In this document: one piece after another, positions 46,366 through 55,856 of the stretch | Layout of the letters: every line of letters begins with the position of its first letter | How positions within the stretch are numbered: position 1 is the stretch's first letter | Virus record (IMG/VR): IMGVR_UViG_3300035670_000203 | Span: 1 to 63,207 of that record | Strand: one strand, 5' to 3' | DNA: 63,207 nt | DNA from: a virus | Lineage: Duplodnaviria; Caudoviricetes | Program-made: the position numbers and the translations under genes | Notes under the pieces: generated by a model | Seen by the model: the letters and a program-made list of their open reading frames with translations, nothing else | Database searches by the model: none | Told to the model about the DNA's origin: nothing

Positions 46366-47034
46366 CTATAATGATAACCAAAGACTTGGATGGGGCATAG
46401 ACTGATGATGTAAATTATATTCTGGTTTTAAACATAATTTAACATCACCAGCAATTACATATCTATCACTTAAATTTTCTTTTTTTAAAGTTGAGTGTGA
46501 TAGATTACTTGGAAATATAACAACGGTTCCTTCATGAGGTGTTATTGTATAGTTTCCACAATTATACTTATTAAACTTTTTAATCAAATTATATTTGTTG
46601 CTCGGTTCAAAGATATTTCCAGATACTTCATTTAAATTATTTGAACTATGAACACAGAACTTATCCGAAGTATTATCAGAAGACAGATAATAACAAAAAG
46701 AAATATCTGAACCATTATGTATGTGAGGTTTCAATTGAGGAATATCTTTATTATGATATCCAACCCAGGATTTTATGAAGTTAATGTTTAATTTATTATG
46801 ATCTACTTCTAATAGATCCAAGTAATTGCATATATTATCTTTTAAAGATTTGAAAAGAATGTGATAATTAGAATTCAAATGTAAAGAACATCTTCCAGAA
46901 TTTTCTGGAGTTTCATTTTCATAACCATTAAACCATAAAGTTTTTAATTCTTCAAAATATTGGTCTTTAAATTCTCGATGTGTTTTTACCTCATCTTGAG
47001 CAACTAATATTGGAAAGACCTCATGAACCTTCAT
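46366..47034 (-). CDS. putative 2OG-Fe(II) oxygenase
   Basis: SWV, PHIH, ISFCYY, P.EG.VVIFPS.L.H, R.VIAGD. Confidence 0.8.
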   Translation of the reverse strand: MKVHEVFPILVAQDEVKTHREFKDQYFEELKTLWFNGYENETPENSGRCSLHLNSNYHILFKSLKDNICNYLDLLEVDHNKLNINFIKSWVGYHNKDIPQLKPHIHNGSDISFCYYLSSDNTSDKFCVHSSNNLNEVSGNIFEPSNKYNLIKKFNKYNCGNYTITPHEGTVVIFPSNLSHSTLKKENLSDRYVIAGDVKLCLKPEYNLHHQSMPHPSLWLSL

Positions 47035-47035
47035 A

Positions 47036-47827
47036 CTATGTGTTTATGCTATACTCACTATTATCACCTGGATAGTCGTCTGGTGTCAAGCCTTGATACT
47101 CAGGGATAAGGTCTTCCCCATCAGTTCTTGTTCCATAAACATGGTAAAAACAATCAATAGGCATTCCACCTTTTGCTTGAAGATGTATTTGAGTCTTATC
47201 AATTCTTTTTACGATTACATCCTGATGAGCACCAACAGGTGTTAAAGACACTGTAATTGATTGAGTGTCAACAAAAGTTTTCCAATACTCTGGAAGTTGA
47301 ATAACATTCTTATTTGTAATTCTTCCACGCACATATACATCATTAGAAGGTGCCTCTGGGCACGTATGCCTTAATCTCCATCCCTCTTTTGTTGGATGAG
47401 GAATATCAAAGTTTTTCTTTGAAGATAATCTATGAGCACCACAAAATGCCCATACATCTCCTTGAGAAACAACAATTGCTCCTGCTCTTACAGCAAGACC
47501 AGCATTGACACTTAGATTGGCGTCTAAGTTATTGAAAATAGCAGCATCTCCTATTACTGCAAGAGAATATGGAGAATTATTTGTAGGAATACATGCTTGA
47601 AGAACACCTGGAATAACTGCAGGAGGAGAATCACTATTTGTTAAAGGGGCAATCATACACGATGCCCACACACTTGGAAATGTTGCATGATTTCCAATAA
47701 TTGCTGGACCTTGAGTATATGAAGATCCTTGTATTTTTAATGGCCCTCTTCCTAATATTTCTGGTCCTACTGGATCCTTAACATTAAAAAACTGTCCTTT
47801 TACATAGATATCATCATAAGATGCCAT
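47036..47827 (-). CDS. virion structural protein (spike/fibre-associated)
   Basis: KNFDIPHPTK.GWRLRH.C.E.P..DVY.RG C-terminal domain typical of cyanophage tail proteins. Confidence 0.6.
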   Translation of the reverse strand: MASYDDIYVKGQFFNVKDPVGPEILGRGPLKIQGSSYTQGPAIIGNHATFPSVWASCMIAPLTNSDSPPAVIPGVLQACIPTNNSPYSLAVIGDAAIFNNLDANLSVNAGLAVRAGAIVVSQGDVWAFCGAHRLSSKKNFDIPHPTKEGWRLRHTCPEAPSNDVYVRGRITNKNVIQLPEYWKTFVDTQSITVSLTPVGAHQDVIVKRIDKTQIHLQAKGGMPIDCFYHVYGTRTDGEDLIPEYQGLTPDDYPGDNSEYSINT

Positions 47828-47842
47828 AAATTTTCCTCTTTA

Positions 47843-48421
47843 TTAAAATATGTTAAATGATGGTAATGCTCTTTCCCAAATACTATTCTCAAATTCAATT
47901 GGAGGTTTGATAGCACTTGCTGATGTTACATTTTGAACTTCACCAGCATACATTTTCATTATATTAGTAGCAGTAAGTTGCATTGACCCATTGGTATATA
48001 AACTTGCTGACTGTTTTCCATTAAATTCTACTTGTTTACCCTCCACATTTATTTTTGCAGAAGCCTTTATATTCACGTTACCATTATTATTATCGGGCCC
48101 ATATGCAATCATGTCAATGTTTTCTGCTTCCATTCTAATTCTGCCACGGGTAGAAATTACAATATCCCCATTAGCAGCATCTAACCAAAATGCAGGTTGT
48201 CCTTTTTCAATGTTATCTCCACACTTAATTTGATATCTTCCTCTACATCTATTTGTAATCCAACCAGATCTTGGATCTGTTTGATCTATGGTGATGTATT
48301 CAAGTCCTCCTTGACCTTGTAAGAGAATTGATGACTTAACTTGATCTTTATGTATATGACCAAATCTTAAGGCACCGTCTTTAGTTCTTATGTCTTTAGT
48401 TTCGTAATTTTTTGATGTCAT
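47843..48421 (-). CDS. putative gp5 C-terminal beta-helix-like protein
   Basis: A.NGDI.I...GRI..EAENI..A short beta repeats; directly after gp5-like gene. Confidence 0.5.
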   Translation of the reverse strand: MTSKNYETKDIRTKDGALRFGHIHKDQVKSSILLQGQGGLEYITIDQTDPRSGWITNRCRGRYQIKCGDNIEKGQPAFWLDAANGDIVISTRGRIRMEAENIDMIAYGPDNNNGNVNIKASAKINVEGKQVEFNGKQSASLYTNGSMQLTATNIMKMYAGEVQNVTSASAIKPPIEFENSIWERALPSFNIF

Positions 48422-48425
48422 TTTA

Positions 48426-51236
48426 TCATTTACCTCCTAAACATTTTATACATCCAGTACAATCAACTACATTAATAACTTTTGAATCTTTTGGAACATC
48501 AAACTCTTCATCCTTAGACAATCTCTTCACTTTAAGTATTGGAGCAAGTAAAGCATTAAATCCTGTAGAAGAATTTGTTTTGATTTCTGGAATATCATCA
48601 AAACCACAACCACTATTTAACACTCTAACACCAGTGATTTGTCCATACTCATTAATTATGGGTTTTGCAACAACACCATTGCTAGGTGTAATAATAAGTT
48701 CATCTTCTGGTCTGTATCCGTATCCACTTTGAAGAACCTCAATCTCCTCTACGCATAATACTACATTATAAGATACTCTTCCTCCACCTTCTCCAGAAGA
48801 ATCTGTGAGTGCAAAGTCATTTACAACTGGTATATTTGGTGGTTTTACTGGAAGAAGTGGAAGATTAATAGTCTTTCTGTCAGTTCCTATTCCTGAAGTA
48901 TCAGTTGATATTCCTAGATTGTTTCCAGTGGTTCCTATACCTAGATTTCCGGTGGTTCCTATACCTAGATTTCCGGTGGTTCCTATGCCCACACTTTGAT
49001 CTAAAACTATAATTGTTCCTTCGACAACATCTTCTCCAACAACTGTAGATCCTCCTCTAGCAATTCTATTTGGAACAGTATTCAAAGATAACTGATTATT
49101 AGAAATAAATCCATAATATTTTTTAGATTCTCCTTCAAGATTAGTAATTGTCATCTGAATTGGTTCTTCTTCAGATGCTACTGTTTGCTCTATATTTACT
49201 TCAAACTTATTAAACTGAAGAGGTACAGTTTCTGGAGGACCAATTGGTGGGTAGTAAGTATCCCCAGGTTCTAGGACTGCTGGTTTATTAATTCCGACAA
49301 TTCTATATCTACCATCTCTGGTTCTAATATATCCTTCATCAGGTTCTTTCCAAGTAAATCCATCACCTCCCATACTACCATCAGGTTTCTGTAAATATCC
49401 TGTTCCAGGAGATTCTACTGCAATACTTTTTAGTTTTAACTTTCCAGGATTTTCTTCATCAGGTTCCATTATTGCTTTAAAAGAACCTCCTGATCCATTG
49501 CCACAAGCATCCTGAAGACTAACTGTAGGAGTTGAGGTAAATGATCCAGGATTAATAATATCAAATCCAATAATCGAAGAATTTGACCCTACAATTGGAT
49601 TTGCGATTGCACCAGAATTTTCTCCTCCCAAGAAGTTAACTGTAGGTGGACCGCAAAGAACTGGACCGACTTCACAATTTACTGCTCTAGCTGGTGTTTT
49701 TCCTGGAGGAGCAAGAGTCTTAACGATTTCAGAAGAAAAATCTCCGACTTGTATTCCAGGGGTTGCTGGTCCTGCCAAATCAATCTCATCATATCCTGGG
49801 CAACTTTGATCTTCATCGCAAAGAAAGAACTTTAATATTCCAGATAAAATATCAAAAGCAGAAGCAACTATGGAAGCAATATTACCAATTGCACCAAGAA
49901 CACCGGAAAGAGCAGAAGTTATTTCTCCTAAAATTGGATTTAAAAAATCAGAAAGTAATTGTTGAACTGCACAAACTGGACCACTAACTAGTTTTTCAAT
50001 TGAATCAGTAAGCAACTTTACAAATGTAGGAACAAGAGATGAAATTATTTTTTTAAATAAGCAAGAAAGAATTTCAAGTGCCTCAGATACAATGTTATTA
50101 TATGTTGGTCTTTCACTTGGAAAAAGAAATGGAATTACTTCTTTTTGTAAAAGATTTGTAATTTCAACTTCCAATTTTTCCAAAATAAGACCAAGTAAAT
50201 TGGTCATATATGAGGAAATAAAACTAGATGCAGTTTGAATAATATTATTTAATTGTGATTGTATAGAAGCTGCTGCTAAAGAAACTTCTCCGGCAGTTCT
50301 CTTAATTTGATCTGCTTGTGTTATTAAATTATTAAGAACTTTTGCAATTCCTTGAACATCAGAATCATCTTTTTTACAAGCATTTCTTAAAGGTCGTTTT
50401 ACCTTTTTATCTTGATCCTGAGTATCCCAAGCTAATGTAGTGACGTGAAGTCCCTCAGTAACTTGTAAAGGAACATTAAAAATATTTAAATTATCAGGAA
50501 CATATGCTGGTGCTTTGTTTGAATCACTAAATGTATTATTAAACTGTTGATATCCTTGATTACAATTTCCTGGTGGTTGAGTTGCTGCTTGTCTTGAAGC
50601 TTTTGCAGTAGCAACTAAGACTTGTCTTTCTACTTCTTGTGGAGGAAGTCCTTTTGCTTTTGCTTCAGATCTTGCTTTAGAAGCAGCATCAAATTCTTCT
50701 CTGGTTGGAGTTCTTGCGGGATTAAGAAGTCTTGATAATTGTTGCGTGGATAATTTATCAACATCTGGAGGTAACGCAGTGTTTGATAAACTTCCAGGAC
50801 CATTAGGTGGAGGTGGTGGAGGTGGAGGAACAACTCCTCTTTCCTTTGGAACATTATTATTTGAATTTCCTACAACACCAACAATATAACCTTCCTGTCC
50901 TGCCATTCCATCCATAAAGAATCCAAAGACCACAGATCCTGGTTCTATGGATGGAGTTACTGATGCTCCACCGTGCCCAGAACCAGCAGTGACAGGCATT
51001 ATCACCTGACAGAATGCCATCTGTTCTGGTGGAAGTTTATCCAACTCCCCAGTGTGCCAATTAAAAACTCTTACTTTATATCTATGTCCCCATCCCTTAA
51101 TGGAAGCAATATTCGTAAATGTTCCTGCTTCAATGTTGTCTTGCCAAGATTCTTTTGTTTCTACTCTGCCTAACCACCAAGGGGGATTGACAAAAAATTG
51201 AGGATTAAAAGTAGAACCAGTAGTTACATCAGACAT
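48426..51236 (-). CDS. gp5: baseplate hub gp5-like protein (N-terminal OB fold)
   Basis: WWLGRV...RYKVR...H...LP...PVT.GSG...G..VFGFFMDG..Q...I.G. Confidence 0.7.
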   Translation of the reverse strand: MSDVTTGSTFNPQFFVNPPWWLGRVETKESWQDNIEAGTFTNIASIKGWGHRYKVRVFNWHTGELDKLPPEQMAFCQVIMPVTAGSGHGGASVTPSIEPGSVVFGFFMDGMAGQEGYIVGVVGNSNNNVPKERGVVPPPPPPPPNGPGSLSNTALPPDVDKLSTQQLSRLLNPARTPTREEFDAASKARSEAKAKGLPPQEVERQVLVATAKASRQAATQPPGNCNQGYQQFNNTFSDSNKAPAYVPDNLNIFNVPLQVTEGLHVTTLAWDTQDQDKKVKRPLRNACKKDDSDVQGIAKVLNNLITQADQIKRTAGEVSLAAASIQSQLNNIIQTASSFISSYMTNLLGLILEKLEVEITNLLQKEVIPFLFPSERPTYNNIVSEALEILSCLFKKIISSLVPTFVKLLTDSIEKLVSGPVCAVQQLLSDFLNPILGEITSALSGVLGAIGNIASIVASAFDILSGILKFFLCDEDQSCPGYDEIDLAGPATPGIQVGDFSSEIVKTLAPPGKTPARAVNCEVGPVLCGPPTVNFLGGENSGAIANPIVGSNSSIIGFDIINPGSFTSTPTVSLQDACGNGSGGSFKAIMEPDEENPGKLKLKSIAVESPGTGYLQKPDGSMGGDGFTWKEPDEGYIRTRDGRYRIVGINKPAVLEPGDTYYPPIGPPETVPLQFNKFEVNIEQTVASEEEPIQMTITNLEGESKKYYGFISNNQLSLNTVPNRIARGGSTVVGEDVVEGTIIVLDQSVGIGTTGNLGIGTTGNLGIGTTGNNLGISTDTSGIGTDRKTINLPLLPVKPPNIPVVNDFALTDSSGEGGGRVSYNVVLCVEEIEVLQSGYGYRPEDELIITPSNGVVAKPIINEYGQITGVRVLNSGCGFDDIPEIKTNSSTGFNALLAPILKVKRLSKDEEFDVPKDSKVINVVDCTGCIKCLGGK
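48905..48990. repeat. 24-bp tandem repeat (GIGTTGNL) x3
   Basis: gtggttcctat recurs at 24-nt period. Confidence 0.8.
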
Positions 51237-51238
51237 AA

Positions 51239-51454
51239 TTAATCTTCATAAATTCTGCACTCTAAAGCATCTGGATTTAAATCGCAGTAAACTTCAAGTG
51301 GGGTTGGATCGTGATTATCCCCAGGATGATTCTCTTGATATTTTTCAAGATTTTGTATTTCATCATTTAGATGTCTTCTTCTTTGACTGCTGACATTGGG
51401 ATTATCTAATTCATTTCGATCATCCTCAATGTGCTGTTGGAGTGTTCTATTCAT
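51239..51454 (-). CDS. cp12: CP12 Calvin-cycle inhibitor (cyanophage type)
   Basis: C-terminal LEVYCDLNPDALECRIYED CP12 signature; no N-terminal Cys pair. Confidence 0.9.
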   Translation of the reverse strand: MNRTLQQHIEDDRNELDNPNVSSQRRRHLNDEIQNLEKYQENHPGDNHDPTPLEVYCDLNPDALECRIYED

Positions 51455-51476
51455 AGAACGAAAAATATACTTGATT

Positions 51477-51484
51477 TATTTATT
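51477..51484 (-). promoter_or_regulatory. T4-type late promoter (AATAAATA)
   Basis: NATAAATA about 23 nt upstream of cp12. Confidence 0.6.
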
Positions 51485-52781
51485 ACATTTTCATCGGTTT
51501 TCTTCCGTATGTTTCACGAATCAACTCCAAAGAAGTATAACATTGACTACTAGGGTCTATTCTATGACACAAACTTGATATGAGATATACTCCACTCATT
51601 CTTGGATCATATGTTGGATTTGGTTTTGTTGACTGTTCTGGAAAATCACAAAATATTAATTGCCCTGCTTCTAGACTAAAATCTCCATAAATTGTTATCT
51701 GTATTCTTAATGTAAATGCTTGATTGTATCTAGAAGATGCAGCAGAAAGATAATCTTTCTTTTCAGTATCTAATTCTTTTGATTGTTCTATGGGTTTTAA
51801 GTTTCCAACAGACTCAAGACTTGTAAAAAATCTAGAAGGACTATCAATGAATTCAGTATTCATATTTGTTCCAAACTCAGTAGCCTGAGAACTTGTCACT
51901 GGTGCTTGTTGGGTAATGCTTAATGGGTTACAGTTGTATACACTTTCTTGAGAATTAAACAAGTTCACTGATGAATTATAAGTTCCCATTTGCAATTGAT
52001 CTTTGAGATCATTATCACTTACAACTTCAAAGTTTAATATTTTTCCTGTATATCCTGGAGGAGGAACTGATACTGTATTGTTGTAAATAAACTTCTTAGT
52101 ATATTCTTGTTCAAACAATCCATCTACAGACTTAAATTTATATCCACTTTTTGTTTCAAAAAAGAAGTACCCAGCAAGTAATCCAAGAGCACTTGTTCCT
52201 TCTTTGATTGCTTGTGATGCCAACCACATTATAAACCAAAAGGGTTTCTTAGTAGTTCCGATAAAAGACCTTTCATTTTTAGTAGGTTCTATATCAAAAT
52301 CTTTTGGTGTTTTTAAATCTTCTAGTAATATTTTAACCACAGAATCTGATATTTTTCCATCATATCTTTTTACTATTCTTACACTTTCATTTTTTAAATA
52401 TTCTTTTGAAACTAATTCTATAATTTCAAATTCTTTTAACTTATCACTTCCTTTATCTTTTGATGTAATGTGTAATGGATTTATTTCACTCTTAAAAGGT
52501 ATCTTCTGTTTATTTGCATCTTCAATTTCAATATAAACTTTTTCACCTCTAGAAATTCTAACGGCATTTGATGCGGTAACTTTTCCCCCAGTTCCATCAT
52601 TTCCTCCTGCGGCATTTCCTGTATCAACAAATGCTATCGTCATTCTTACAGTCTCTGATAATATATTTTCATAATAATACAATTCAACTAAACCCTTGTT
52701 GAATGCGAGTGGTTCTCCCCCCGCATTTGGGTAAATATCAAAAACTGGAACGTTGCCTTTTGATTGATCTAAAGAAGTCAT
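51483..52781 (-). CDS. baseplate hub protein (gp27-like)
   Basis: YYENI.S, FFFET..GY.FKS.D.L, I.GD.SL.AG..I, SG.YLI..LCH; synteny between tape-measure-like genes and gp5. Confidence 0.6.
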   Translation of the reverse strand: MTSLDQSKGNVPVFDIYPNAGGEPLAFNKGLVELYYYENILSETVRMTIAFVDTGNAAGGNDGTGGKVTASNAVRISRGEKVYIEIEDANKQKIPFKSEINPLHITSKDKGSDKLKEFEIIELVSKEYLKNESVRIVKRYDGKISDSVVKILLEDLKTPKDFDIEPTKNERSFIGTTKKPFWFIMWLASQAIKEGTSALGLLAGYFFFETKSGYKFKSVDGLFEQEYTKKFIYNNTVSVPPPGYTGKILNFEVVSDNDLKDQLQMGTYNSSVNLFNSQESVYNCNPLSITQQAPVTSSQATEFGTNMNTEFIDSPSRFFTSLESVGNLKPIEQSKELDTEKKDYLSAASSRYNQAFTLRIQITIYGDFSLEAGQLIFCDFPEQSTKPNPTYDPRMSGVYLISSLCHRIDPSSQCYTSLELIRETYGRKPMKM

Positions 52782-52782
52782 A

Positions 52783-55700
52783 TTAACCTATTGCGTCTAA
52801 AATATCCATTCCTGGAACACTATTATCTATATCACGCATCATTGAAATAGAAGTTCCACCTTCACCTCCAAGTGGGACAGGAACTTCTATTTCAATAGGG
52901 ACTTCAACAATTTCAGGTTCAGCATATGGTTGCTCATAGTCCATATATGTATTTAAAGAATTTATAATTGAAGGCATATATTTTTTCAATGAATTTCTAT
53001 CGTGAATATCATAATTTAATATATCAAGAAGTCCTGGCGCAACTTTTTCAGTTTCTTTGTAAGAATCTGCATCAATTACATATTCAGTTCCTTCTTCTCC
53101 TATCATTGCCATATGTGGGCCATCTAGAGTTTCACCACCTCTTGCATAAGCAACGTGAACGTGATCATTATGATCAGCTTGATATGATCCAATATTTTTA
53201 TATCTAGGGGAATGGTGTATAAGTTCAGCTGGACTATATCCATTTTTTCTATTCCATTCTAATATTGCTTTTATAACAGGAGCTTGTTCGTCTCTACCAC
53301 CACTACTTGGATGGGATGGAGCCCAACCACCTAAATCAATCGCTCTTCCTTGATAATGCAATGATCCAGAACTATGTCCAGATTTTGCCCAAGGAGGATG
53401 TCTTGGATGTCTATGAATAGACCCAGTAACAGGAAGTTTGGATCTATTTGCTTTCATAAAATCTCCAAGATCTCCTGCAATTTTTTGACCACCTTTTCCA
53501 TAACCTTTCCCCATTTTTATATTTTGATCTTTACTTGAAGATAATTCAGATTTAGAATATCCTCCTTGTTTGACTTTTGATAATGCTTTTAAAACTTTAT
53601 CAAAAGTAGTGTGAGCCTTATTCCTACCATCTCCGTGAAAATAAGATAAATTATCATTTCCTCTAGGCAATCCTGCCCATTCCATAGAAAGATATTTTGC
53701 AAATTCTGGATCCGATATTTTCCCAGCTAACCAATCTCTACCATATCTCTTCTTTTCAATAAGAGCTATAGCCATTTTATCCTGATTTTCTGGACTAAAA
53801 AGATCATTCGGTTTTAATCCAGCATAAGCAGCTTGTGCTGCAATATTCATAAATTGATATTTTCCAGATGCTGCTGATCCCCATTTTCTATAATTTGCCA
53901 GTTGAACAGCATTAGCTTGAGCAATTGTTAATTTTGAATAACCAGGATAAATTCCTCCATATCTACTATCATATGAACCTCCTGCAGATTCTACAGATGA
54001 TATTAAATCTAATAATGGACCCCATTTTCCAGAAGTTAATCCACCCCCTTCAACACCTTCATCCATTCCTTCATCAGATGGTTCATTATTTTTTTCAAGC
54101 ATCTCTTCTCTACCAACAGGTCTTAAAGATAATTCTTTACTCAAATTATGAATAGTAGTATTAACCTCTTTAGATACAGAATCTTCAACAGACTTTGCTA
54201 TTACATTTGTATAGTCTTCTCCACCAAAATATTTTTGTGCATCAACTTCTCCTCCTCCAGAAAATCCAAGAGGACTTGATTTGAATGTAGTTTGAATCCA
54301 AGAATTTAATCCTCTACCTGCATTTTTATAATCAAGCAAATCAGGTTTTTGTCCTAAAACACTCTTTAAAGCAATGGTAAAGAATGGACCAAAGAAGTCT
54401 GCCTTTCCTAAATTATCATTACTTTTGACTAAAAATTCTTGAGGATTTGTTGTTTTTTGTGTTGGTTTTTTAGTCTCTTGAGGTTGTTCTTTACTTTTTC
54501 CAGTAAATAAGCCAAAAGGATCCCACCAAGCTTTTTCAGGATTTGGAAATACCTTTCTTACTTTCTTTTCTCCGCCAGTATCAGCACCGGGTTTTATTTT
54601 TCTAGGAATAAAAGATACAGTTCTTTTTGGTTTCTTTTTCTTTAATGTTCTTCTTACTGTTTTTGATCTAGAAGTTTTTGGAATTCCTCCTCCAGCAAGT
54701 TTATTTACCTTACCTTTTTTAGGAGTTTTTCCTCCAAAAAATAAATCATATAAAGCACCACCAGCTAAATCCCCAGCAACTCCTCCAATCATACCCCCAA
54801 TAAAATTTCCAGCAACTGGAACTACAGATCCTATAACTGCTCCAAGAGCACCTAAGAGACCTGCACCAATTGCTCTAAATGCTGCTCTACCAAGATTTTC
54901 ACCAAGAGCAACAGACAATCCAAAATCAATTAATGCACCAACTACTGGCAATGGTATTCTTTTTAAAAATGGTCTAACTGAGGATAAAAGTGCTCTTTTC
55001 CCACCACCACTTGTAGTTATCGTAGGTCTTTGACGAAGTGGATTTCTTATATCAGGTCTACCTGCTGCACCACCACCACTTGTAGTTATTGTAGGTCTTT
55101 GACGAAGTGGATTTCTTATATCAGGTCTACCTGCTGCACCACCACCACTTGTGGTTACTTTAGGTGTTCCAGAAATTTTTGGAGATGCTCCTTTTCCTCC
55201 TCCACCAAATCCACCAGAACCAGCAGCAACCATCCCAGCAATGATTGCCAGATTTAAAAATTTATTTAATACTCCAGACAATTCATCAAATTTTTTTACT
55301 CCACCATCACCAAAAAGATTCTTTACAAATCCTCTAGTTGCATCATACGTTTTATATCCCCAATCAATAAAAGTTACTAAACTATCTAATAATTTTCCTC
55401 CCCAATCAATAATAAAATCACTTACATTAATAATAACAGGAAGTATCTTTAATAATTGAGGAAGAAATCCGATCAACCTAACTGCAAGAAATCCAAGAAC
55501 AGTTTGAGTAATAAAGTTTTTAATCCATCCAAAAAAACCAAGTTTTGGAGCAGATGGTAGTTTAACTTCTTTTTCAGGTTTTGGAAGTTTTTTTTCTAAA
55601 TCCTTTTCTCTTTTAGAAAATTCTTCTCCTTCCTTTTTAATTCTTGTTTTTTTATCTTCTTTTTTTGAAAGAAGTAAAGAATCTTTTAGTAATTTATCAA

Positions 55701-55851
55701 CCTTAATAACCTTATTCTCAATCTTCTTTACAGTATCTGTTATAGAAGATGTCTTTGTTATTTTAGCAGAAGGTTTACTAAAATTTAAAAACTTATCTGC
55801 TTTAACTATAGAAGATTTTGAAGATTTTGATGGAGGAAGTAGTTTTGCCAT
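52783..55851 (-). CDS. tape-measure-like protein with lysozyme-like and M15-type peptidase domains
   Basis: LLDLI..VES, SAASGKYQF, FSPENQD, EWAGLP; H...SLHY.GRAID and HNDHVHV; ARGG...GEEG.EYVI. Confidence 0.7.
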   Translation of the reverse strand: MAKLLPPSKSSKSSIVKADKFLNFSKPSAKITKTSSITDTVKKIENKVIKVDKLLKDSLLLSKKEDKKTRIKKEGEEFSKREKDLEKKLPKPEKEVKLPSAPKLGFFGWIKNFITQTVLGFLAVRLIGFLPQLLKILPVIINVSDFIIDWGGKLLDSLVTFIDWGYKTYDATRGFVKNLFGDGGVKKFDELSGVLNKFLNLAIIAGMVAAGSGGFGGGGKGASPKISGTPKVTTSGGGAAGRPDIRNPLRQRPTITTSGGGAAGRPDIRNPLRQRPTITTSGGGKRALLSSVRPFLKRIPLPVVGALIDFGLSVALGENLGRAAFRAIGAGLLGALGAVIGSVVPVAGNFIGGMIGGVAGDLAGGALYDLFFGGKTPKKGKVNKLAGGGIPKTSRSKTVRRTLKKKKPKRTVSFIPRKIKPGADTGGEKKVRKVFPNPEKAWWDPFGLFTGKSKEQPQETKKPTQKTTNPQEFLVKSNDNLGKADFFGPFFTIALKSVLGQKPDLLDYKNAGRGLNSWIQTTFKSSPLGFSGGGEVDAQKYFGGEDYTNVIAKSVEDSVSKEVNTTIHNLSKELSLRPVGREEMLEKNNEPSDEGMDEGVEGGGLTSGKWGPLLDLISSVESAGGSYDSRYGGIYPGYSKLTIAQANAVQLANYRKWGSAASGKYQFMNIAAQAAYAGLKPNDLFSPENQDKMAIALIEKKRYGRDWLAGKISDPEFAKYLSMEWAGLPRGNDNLSYFHGDGRNKAHTTFDKVLKALSKVKQGGYSKSELSSSKDQNIKMGKGYGKGGQKIAGDLGDFMKANRSKLPVTGSIHRHPRHPPWAKSGHSSGSLHYQGRAIDLGGWAPSHPSSGGRDEQAPVIKAILEWNRKNGYSPAELIHHSPRYKNIGSYQADHNDHVHVAYARGGETLDGPHMAMIGEEGTEYVIDADSYKETEKVAPGLLDILNYDIHDRNSLKKYMPSIINSLNTYMDYEQPYAEPEIVEVPIEIEVPVPLGGEGGTSISMMRDIDNSVPGMDILDAIG
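55002..55157. repeat. 69-bp tandem repeat (TTSGGGAAGRPDIRNPLRQRPTI), about 2.3 copies
   Basis: caccaccacttgt recurs at 69-nt period. Confidence 0.85.
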
Positions 55852-55856
55852 TGATC

